Assembly: GCA_910588295.1 (NCBI GenBank)
Contig: CAJUQO010000009.1
Span: forward strand, 8,261-72,260
DNA from: an uncultured Lachnospiraceae bacterium
Lineage (GTDB): Bacteria; Bacillota; Clostridia; Lachnospirales; Lachnospiraceae
DNA length: 64,000 nucleotides
Reading direction: 5' to 3'
The first letter of the stretch is position 1, and each line of letters starts with the position of its first letter. This document shows, piece by piece, positions 57,395-64,000 of the stretch. A program made the translations under genes and the position numbers. The notes beneath the pieces are model-generated. The model saw only the letters and a program-made list of their open reading frames with translations, was not told the origin of the DNA and did no database searches.

Positions 57395-58501
57395 ATGAAC
57401 GATATCAAGAGAGAACTGGAGCTGGCGACCATACCCGAGATGCCGGAGAGAAAGGATTATCGCATCGGTATCATCGGGGCGGGCTTCATCGTCCAGGGGT
57501 GCCATCTGGTGGCATATCAGAAAGCGGGATTTACGCCCTATGCCATCACATCGAAATCCGGTGTCCGGGCGAAGGAGGCGGCGGAGGCTTTTCAGATCCC
57601 GAATGTGTACGATACCTGGCAGGCGTTGATCGACGATCCCCGGGTGGAGATCCTGGATATCGCGGTGCCGCCCCATGTGCAGCCGGAGATTGTGCGCTAT
57701 GCCTGCGGCAAAATGCATATCAAAGGAATTCTGTGTCAGAAGCCCATCGCCATGTCCACGGCGGACGCCGAGGAGATCGCCCGGCTGGGGGAGGAGGCCG
57801 GCATACCCATCGCCGTAAACTCCAATATGCGCTATGACCAGTCCATGCGGGCGCTGAAAAAGATTCTGGAGAAAGGGCTGATCGGCCGGCCGGTCATCGC
57901 CTCCATCGATATGCGGGCTATCCCGGACTGGCAGACGTTCTTAAAGGATTACAAGAAGCTGGAAATCTACGCCATGGCGGTGCACCATATCGACGCTTTT
58001 CGCTATCTGTTCGGCGATCCGGAAAAGATCACGGCCGTGTGCCGCACCGATCCCAGGACGAAGTTTGAGCATACGGACGGGATCGTGCAGTACACGTTCC
58101 AGTATAAGGACGGCCTGATGGCCACCTCCCTGGACGATGTATGGGCATGGCCCGAGGAGCCCTGCGAGAAGCACAACTATATCAACTGGCGCGTGGAGGG
58201 CACGGACGGTTTTGCAGAGGGGGATATCGGATGGCATAAAAGGGAGCCGGAGTTTTGCGGCAGTACCCTGCGTCTGGCCTGCAAAGCTTACCCCAACCAG
58301 TGGATCGAACCGAAATGGGAGACCATGTGGTTTCCGGATGCCTTCGTGGGCACCATGGCCAGTCTGCTGCGGGCCGTGGAGAGTGGCACGGAGCCGGAGA
58401 TCAGCGTCCAGGATAATATCCGCACCCTGGCCTGCGTGGAGGCGTGCTATCAATCAATCGCGGAAGAAAAGACGGTGTATCTGAGCGAAATACTGAAATA
58501 A
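57395..58501 (+). CDS. Gfo/Idh/MocA-family NAD(P)-dependent oxidoreductase
   Basis: Start trimmed to ATG 57395. YRIGIIGAGFIVQGCHLVAY Rossmann motif, ..ILCQKPIA.. (EKP motif variant). Confidence 0.85.
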   Translation: MNDIKRELELATIPEMPERKDYRIGIIGAGFIVQGCHLVAYQKAGFTPYAITSKSGVRAKEAAEAFQIPNVYDTWQALIDDPRVEILDIAVPPHVQPEIVRYACGKMHIKGILCQKPIAMSTADAEEIARLGEEAGIPIAVNSNMRYDQSMRALKKILEKGLIGRPVIASIDMRAIPDWQTFLKDYKKLEIYAMAVHHIDAFRYLFGDPEKITAVCRTDPRTKFEHTDGIVQYTFQYKDGLMATSLDDVWAWPEEPCEKHNYINWRVEGTDGFAEGDIGWHKREPEFCGSTLRLACKAYPNQWIEPKWETMWFPDAFVGTMASLLRAVESGTEPEISVQDNIRTLACVEACYQSIAEEKTVYLSEILK

Positions 58502-58582
58502 ACTTTCGTGCGCCGCATTGGCGCATCACCACAAATGAAAACCGCGCATCAATAAAAAATAAATGATCAGGAGGAAAGTATT

Positions 58583-59479
58583 ATGATCTCAGTAGGAATT
58601 TTCACCGGTTATTATCCGTACACACTGGCGGAGACCATCGAGCGGGCGAAAAAGGACGGGATGAGCTGCGTGCAGCTTGACCTGGAGTTTAAGGACATCG
58701 ACCTGTCCCGGGGCCATATCACGAAGGAGAAAGCCCATCAGGTGCGCGATGCCTTCCGGGACGCCAACCTGCCCATCGTGGCCATCTCCGCTTACACCAA
58801 CTTAGTGCATAAGGATCCGGACGTCCGGGAGGCTAATATCAACTGGGTGAAGGAGATTCTGGCCCATGCCAGGGATTTCGGCACGCCCTACGTGGTCAGT
58901 GAGACGGGCACCTACCACGATGACGACTGGCTCTACGATCCGAAAAATGCCACCGAGGAGGCCTATCAGGAGTTCAAGGCGGTGGCCGAGGACCTGGCAA
59001 AGTTTGCCTATGACCACGACGCGGTATTTCTGATTGAGAATTATGTCAACAATATCGTGGGTTCCGTGCAGCGCACCGCCCGTCTGCTCCATGAGATCAA
59101 CCATCCGGGCATCGGCCTGATGCTTGACCCCACGAACTATTACGACGATTCCAACATCGACGATGTGGATCCGACCCTGTACGATATCTTCAATGTGCTG
59201 GACGATAAGGTGAAGGTGGCCCATGCCAAGGACTGCAAGCGGGCCGTGGATACGGGGACAAAGTTCGGCGGCGGTTCCGCGGAGCACAACAGCTTCCGGG
59301 GCGCGGGCGCGGTGGAACTTCCCGGCGCCGGCCTGGGCGTGCTGAACTACGAGCTGTACCTGACGCTGTTAAAGAAGAACCATCCCAACATACCGATCAT
59401 CATCGAACATATTGAAGAGGAGGACATCCCGCGGGCAAAGAAATTCGTGGACGATACTCTGAGGAAAGTGGGCGCCTGA
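58583..59479 (+). CDS. sugar phosphate isomerase/epimerase (xylose-isomerase-like TIM barrel)
   Basis: 298 aa. Layout typical of the AP_endonuc_2/TIM-barrel family (..VFLIENY.., ..GLMLDPTN.., ..VAHAKD.., ..IIIEH..). Confidence 0.75.
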   Translation: MISVGIFTGYYPYTLAETIERAKKDGMSCVQLDLEFKDIDLSRGHITKEKAHQVRDAFRDANLPIVAISAYTNLVHKDPDVREANINWVKEILAHARDFGTPYVVSETGTYHDDDWLYDPKNATEEAYQEFKAVAEDLAKFAYDHDAVFLIENYVNNIVGSVQRTARLLHEINHPGIGLMLDPTNYYDDSNIDDVDPTLYDIFNVLDDKVKVAHAKDCKRAVDTGTKFGGGSAEHNSFRGAGAVELPGAGLGVLNYELYLTLLKKNHPNIPIIIEHIEEEDIPRAKKFVDDTLRKVGA

Positions 59480-59525
59480 CGCTGGAGCCCTCTGCAGGAC
59501 ATGGCGTTGAAAATCTTTATGCGTT

Positions 59526-59553
59526 ATACCCATCGGCACTGGCCGATGGGTAT
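59526..59553 (+). terminator. stem-loop after the isomerase gene (probable terminator, weak U-tract)
   Basis: ATACCCATCGGC-act-GGCCGATGGGTAT is a 12-bp stem, followed by ATTT. Confidence 0.5.
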
Positions 59554-59817
59554 ATTTGGCTTCCATTCCATTTATATTTATAAAAAAATATGTGAACGCA
59601 TATTGTTATTTGACGTAGTTATGTGGTATGATTACGTCAGCATGTTATTTTGTTCGCAGAGTCTTTAAAAATCAGACATATGCGGGCGTAATAGTTATGC
59701 CAAAAAGGTGGCGGACTGTTACCAGGATGCTTGTGGCAATGCCGGGGTAACCGGCTTAACATACAGATAAAAGGCTTGCCGGATTAAAGAGCAGCGTTAA
59801 AATGGTATGAAAGGAAG

Positions 59818-62800
59818 ATGAAAGTCAGCATGAAGCATTTACTCTCACTTCAAGGGAAACGCATCAGTCGGAAAGGAAAGTGCCAGAGACGGCGCATAAC
59901 GGCGCTGTTATTGTGCCTGTGTCTGGTCTGCTCGAATCTGATCAGCGCCGTTTACGCGGCGGGGGTGGATGGCAGCGCGGCCGGTCAGGAGGCCGGCAGC
60001 GGCACGATAGAGGGGAGTCCGGCCCAGTCCGGCGGTTCATCGGAGGATAAGGGAAAGGATGACAGTGTCCCGGATACTGCCGGAGAGGAAAACAGTTCCG
60101 GGGAAAGTGATGGTGCGGCAGGAAGCCCGCCGGAGGGCACCGGAGAAACCGCGGGAGGCCAGACGCAGAATACCGATACGCCAGACGGAGCGGACAGTGT
60201 CGGGGCCGGTACGGTCATTGTGGGTGAAAACGGCCTTAAAAATGAAAGTGAGGATCAAACGGCCAAAACCGATGCCGGGGAATACAAGCTGTACATAACC
60301 CATGTGCTGACGGCGGACGGGCATATGTTTGCGGACGAGGACGTGGAGGTGGCCGGCGGCCTGACGGAGGATGATCTGTCGGGCGGCTATGACGTGCTGC
60401 AGAATGCCTACTCACGGGTTGGCGCGGCGGTTACCACGAAAAATCTTACAATCACCAAAGATGATTTTGATGAAAATAAAGTCTGTTATGCGAAGATTGA
60501 TTATCATGTGGCTGACGGCTATAGAGCGATCTATAGGCTGCCGGAGATCATGGCCTACAGTATATACGAGGGAACGTTCGAGGACGTGAAGTTTGAGGTT
60601 GCCAACACGGTGGATGTAAAGCTGGAGTACAGGTTCCACAAATCCACAGGGATGACAGATGTGCCCGCTCACAGTTACGACCAGCTTGTACTGAAGATGG
60701 ACGCGAACGGGAATTACAGCCTGTCGCATCAGATACCGGTGGGGAGCGGACAGGAGAATTCCCAGCTAAACGGATTGATGGTGGTGCTGAATCCGGAGCC
60801 TTTGGAAGCGTTGATCCCGGATGACTCAGAGCTGGCGGCTGATAAAGCGCCGTCTATTGATGCCGGAGAATTTCAGACGGCCCTGGTCAGATCCCGCACC
60901 CTGACCCAGACGGCCACGGCCAACGGAGGCAAGGTGAGCGTTACCTATAATTATGACGCGGATACAGGGCTGCTGACGGCATCGATCCCCAAGGCGGCCG
61001 TAGATACGCAGCAAAAAGAGCTGCTGACGCTGACGGTCTACTATTATCGGTGGAATCCAGGCTGGTATGGCGTGAATTATCGGGCCCTTAACGGTGTATC
61101 CCCGACGGAGGCGCTGGCTGATCCGAAATATTGTTTCGGACAGGAGGGGTCGCTTACGAACTATGATCCGAAAGCGGCAACGGAGAATAAGCAGGTGATC
61201 AGAAAAGACGGCAAGCTGTATATTGCCAGGGAGGTTGTCCAGCAGGAGATCAAGTCGTCGGCCTCGCAGGATCCTGCGGGCCCCGCGACCTGGGTAAATG
61301 TTTACTATGATGAATACAAATCGGATCTGTATCAGATTGTGTATGATACCCGCGGCGGATCTTATCAAGCGCCGGTTTCGGGTTCGAGCGGGGAGGGGCA
61401 TCCTATTTTGCTGCCGAGTGACTTAAACGGCAGCACGAATGCAAAGCTTAAGGCTCCCACAAAAACGGGATATGAGTTTGTAGAATGGCAGTATTGCAGT
61501 AAGAATAATCCAAGCGCAGGCGACGAGAAGGACGGATGGATCACTTTCTCGGAGGAGCCAACGCCTGAGGGGCATTATTATAACCCAAGTACCCATGTGC
61601 TGACCCTGACTACAGACTTTCTGAATAAAGTAAAAGTGGAGCAGGAAGGGGAAGAGGTTACTGTCGACGGCAAGAAGGAGACGGTTAATGTCAATGTGAT
61701 CCGTCTGAGGGCCAAATGGAGAAAGAAAGCCACGACTACGGCCAGAATAGAATTTTGGACAGAGGACTTAGATGCCGAACACCCGGAGAATGACGCCAAG
61801 AAGGTTGATGTGTCCCCCACAGACGCGCTTGCTTCCCGCCAGCCGGGAACCGGCGTCAGTACAGACGGTTACAGCTATGTGGGCGGTGTTATGGCGGACA
61901 ATATACCGACGGATCAGGATCTGAAGGATGTGCTGGCTGATGGAACGCCGGTGTTAAACAGCATTAAAGCTGCGTTTCAGAATGAGATAGGGTTTTCCAC
62001 GGAGGTGCCCTATTATGAGTATCAGGCATTCCGCTGCGAGGATTCGCAGGCGGAGGCGGACGGATCCACGGTGATCTATGTCTTTTATACCCGTAAACAG
62101 TATAAGGTGAGGTTCTCCTATTATCACATGGACGGAACCACCTACCAGTTGATAACGCGCAGCGATCCCACAGGTTCCTGGCCGGGGGCGGGAGTACAGG
62201 TGAATCCCGGCGGCCTGAACGGGAAAACGGGTTTTTGGATTCAGGCCAAGTACGGCGCGGATTTGCGGAAAGTCTGGCCGTATCCGTCCCCGGATTCCCC
62301 GGAATATATGATAGTCGGTAATACAAAATACTATCCTGGCGCCTGGTATCTGCCTTCCCAGACGGGGGAGGCGGGAACCTACATCACGGATATCTATCCG
62401 TCCATGGATGCGGGGCTGATCGCGGATGCCGGGGATGCGAATAAATATCGGGAGCTCACAGCCTCCTGGGAGAGCGACCGCAGACGCTATCGCTATAATT
62501 ATTGTCTGGAGATTCCGGGACTGAAGCCAGAGGACGTGGTGGAAGACATGGGCAGTCTTTTTTACGATCTGGAAACGAGCACACGGGTTGCCAGAAGCAC
62601 AGCCGCTGATAAAAATGAATTGTTGTATGGCGTAGCGGTTAACAGCAGCTGGTTTGCCGGCTACAGCATAAGGGATTACCTGAGAGTGAATGACAACGCA
62701 GTAGAGGAGTCAAACGGCGGTAAATACCTTATCAGGATCCACGGCGATAAATGCTATGTTGTTTTGGATTATATAGTGGTAATGGGCAGCTCGAATCCCG

Positions 62801-64000
62801 AAGAGCAGACTGCCGGTTCCCGGGCGCATATGACGCTGGTGAACGAGGGCGGAAAAGCGGATTACGTGAAATGCCGGCCCAAGACCGAGTATGACAGCGG
62901 TACAGAGGTTGAGGGTCTGGGAAAAGGCACGTATGATCAATGCTTTTTCTATTATGACCGGGATGACTGTGCCATTACCTACCTTGTGAATACAGAAGAA
63001 AATAACCCGGCCATCCTGGGAACTCTGAGTCTGCCCTATGGCGTGATGCTGGATGCGACGAAATACGGCTTCGGCAGTTATGACCACAACGGGGACATAG
63101 CCTATGACCTGGATTGTACAAAGCTTAACGGGGACTATGCGGTGGGCAGCGGTTCTGCGATCAGCAGCCGGCGGTTCTGGACGATACCGGAGGGTGTGGA
63201 CAGCAGACAGCCTGTGTGTCCGGAACGGTCCTCGATGGAAACGAAATACTGGGAACTGCGGGGCTGGATGTCTACGCCCACGAGCGATGCCGCAATGTTT
63301 GGCAGCGATAAATTTCTGGAGGGCGATATCCGCGTCTATGCCCAGTGGGAGCCGGATGAGTATAAGGTGACTTTTGATTTAGACGGCGGCCTGTTAACGG
63401 GAGGCGCCACGGATGATGATAAGGTTCAGACGATCCCGGGCGGTAAGAATATTTCCGCGTATGAGGACGGAACGGTTCTGCATCCCGTGCGGGTCGGTTA
63501 CGATCTCTCGGGATGGCTGGTGGAGTCCTTCACGCTGCCGGGAAATGTAACTTATACATATGACCGGCGTATGGGCGGATATTATAACCTGAACGGACAG
63601 AAATATAATTTGCAGGGTGTACAGGCGGAGGATCTGGAAAATGGCGCTCTCAAGTATCGGTTTGATATGAATGTTTTTGCCGATATGACGGTTAAGGCGC
63701 AATGGGTCGTGGATGACGAAGTTTACCAGCATGCTTCCGTAGGTTATGTGGTGCATTACTATGTGCTGGATGGCTATAACGAGAATGGCGTACCGATAGT
63801 CAAAGTAAGTAATTCCTCGAACCAGCCGGTTCGCGTAGCCCAGGATAAGGTGGTCAATAATATTCCGTTTCTGAATGATGGGACATGGGCGTGGGAACAG
63901 CCGGTCAAACCTACCATTGAGAAATACAGCAATTATTCCGCGACCGAGCAGACGGGCGGTGTGTTGTTGTCCCAGTACAGTGCGAAGAATGAGATTACTT
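59818..64000 (+). CDS. large secreted repeat protein with Listeria-Bacteroides (Flg_new)-type repeats; 3' end beyond the window
   Basis: Absent from the track (no stop in the window). I translated frame 1 by hand from ATG 59818 or 59830 to 64000 with no stop (>1390 codons). No track ORF occupies this frame over 4.2 kb. Signal peptide RRRITALLLCLCLVCSNLISAVYAAG, a Gly/Ser/Glu-rich linker, and repeats such as YQIVYDTRGGS...TGYEFVEWQY and YKVTFDLDGG...VGYDLSGWL...VKAQW. Confidence 0.8.
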   Translation, partial: MKVSMKHLLSLQGKRISRKGKCQRRRITALLLCLCLVCSNLISAVYAAGVDGSAAGQEAGSGTIEGSPAQSGGSSEDKGKDDSVPDTAGEENSSGESDGAAGSPPEGTGETAGGQTQNTDTPDGADSVGAGTVIVGENGLKNESEDQTAKTDAGEYKLYITHVLTADGHMFADEDVEVAGGLTEDDLSGGYDVLQNAYSRVGAAVTTKNLTITKDDFDENKVCYAKIDYHVADGYRAIYRLPEIMAYSIYEGTFEDVKFEVANTVDVKLEYRFHKSTGMTDVPAHSYDQLVLKMDANGNYSLSHQIPVGSGQENSQLNGLMVVLNPEPLEALIPDDSELAADKAPSIDAGEFQTALVRSRTLTQTATANGGKVSVTYNYDADTGLLTASIPKAAVDTQQKELLTLTVYYYRWNPGWYGVNYRALNGVSPTEALADPKYCFGQEGSLTNYDPKAATENKQVIRKDGKLYIAREVVQQEIKSSASQDPAGPATWVNVYYDEYKSDLYQIVYDTRGGSYQAPVSGSSGEGHPILLPSDLNGSTNAKLKAPTKTGYEFVEWQYCSKNNPSAGDEKDGWITFSEEPTPEGHYYNPSTHVLTLTTDFLNKVKVEQEGEEVTVDGKKETVNVNVIRLRAKWRKKATTTARIEFWTEDLDAEHPENDAKKVDVSPTDALASRQPGTGVSTDGYSYVGGVMADNIPTDQDLKDVLADGTPVLNSIKAAFQNEIGFSTEVPYYEYQAFRCEDSQAEADGSTVIYVFYTRKQYKVRFSYYHMDGTTYQLITRSDPTGSWPGAGVQVNPGGLNGKTGFWIQAKYGADLRKVWPYPSPDSPEYMIVGNTKYYPGAWYLPSQTGEAGTYITDIYPSMDAGLIADAGDANKYRELTASWESDRRRYRYNYCLEIPGLKPEDVVEDMGSLFYDLETSTRVARSTAADKNELLYGVAVNSSWFAGYSIRDYLRVNDNAVEESNGGKYLIRIHGDKCYVVLDYIVVMGSSNPEEQTAGSRAHMTLVNEGGKADYVKCRPKTEYDSGTEVEGLGKGTYDQCFFYYDRDDCAITYLVNTEENNPAILGTLSLPYGVMLDATKYGFGSYDHNGDIAYDLDCTKLNGDYAVGSGSAISSRRFWTIPEGVDSRQPVCPERSSMETKYWELRGWMSTPTSDAAMFGSDKFLEGDIRVYAQWEPDEYKVTFDLDGGLLTGGATDDDKVQTIPGGKNISAYEDGTVLHPVRVGYDLSGWLVESFTLPGNVTYTYDRRMGGYYNLNGQKYNLQGVQAEDLENGALKYRFDMNVFADMTVKAQWVVDDEVYQHASVGYVVHYYVLDGYNENGVPIVKVSNSSNQPVRVAQDKVVNNIPFLNDGTWAWEQPVKPTIEKYSNYSATEQTGGVLLSQYSAKNEIT

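Noticed and set aside
59560-59830. Possible invertible promoter (inverton) upstream of the large secreted protein
   Set aside because: Only short palindromes are present (TGACGTA-N15-TACGTCA; 6-7-bp matches). I found no long inverted repeats flanking a promoter-sized segment and no nearby recombinase.

Overview
Window from a Gram-positive, moderately GC-rich Clostridia-type genome. The r-protein and RNAP sequences look Lachnospiraceae-like, but that taxon call is inference. The core (10.6-36.9 kb, all + strand) is rpmG-secE-nusG-rplK-rplA | rplJ-rplL | rpoB-rpoC | rpsL-rpsG-fusA-tuf, with readable promoters, leaders (L1-site-like motifs, L10 attenuator) and terminators. This normally tight block is interrupted twice. 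(i) At 12.8-14.6 kb, an XRE regulator, an unlisted 59-aa ORF and a secreted cell-wall-binding polysaccharide deacetylase sit between rplA and rplJ. (ii) At 24.1-32.2 kb, a three-gene operon sits between rpoC and rpsL: a non-PASTA Ser/Thr kinase, a small bitopic Arg/Pro-rich protein and a 1848-aa Ig/HYR-like repeat surface protein. This operon is my top candidate for an undescribed system. The left flank (0-10.4 kb) holds a DeoR regulator, an ABC sugar importer, an orphan MttB-superfamily protein, an FGGY kinase, a UlaG lactonase and a propeller-like protein. After tuf comes a 3.9-kb AT-rich islet with an integrase remnant, Vsr, an m5C methyltransferase, an unassigned type II REase candidate and a toxin-like small membrane ORF. 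Further right are: an OmpR/HK pair plus NUDIX on the - strand; a promoter region with 11-bp-phased TTAGAG repeats; an operon mixing a BNR-propeller::SBP fusion lipoprotein, two CUT1-type permeases, a long coiled-coil HlyD adaptor and a polytopic membrane protein, with no ATPase; ybaK; a SAM-I riboswitch with metK; a second HK/RR pair; a URO-D/MtaA-like gene with Gfo/Idh/MocA and TIM-barrel isomerase genes; and a >1390-aa secreted repeat protein that runs off the right edge and is absent from the ORF track. I saw no rRNA, tRNA, CRISPR array or intact transposase. Many long track ORFs are antisense or alternate-frame shadows of GC-rich genes.
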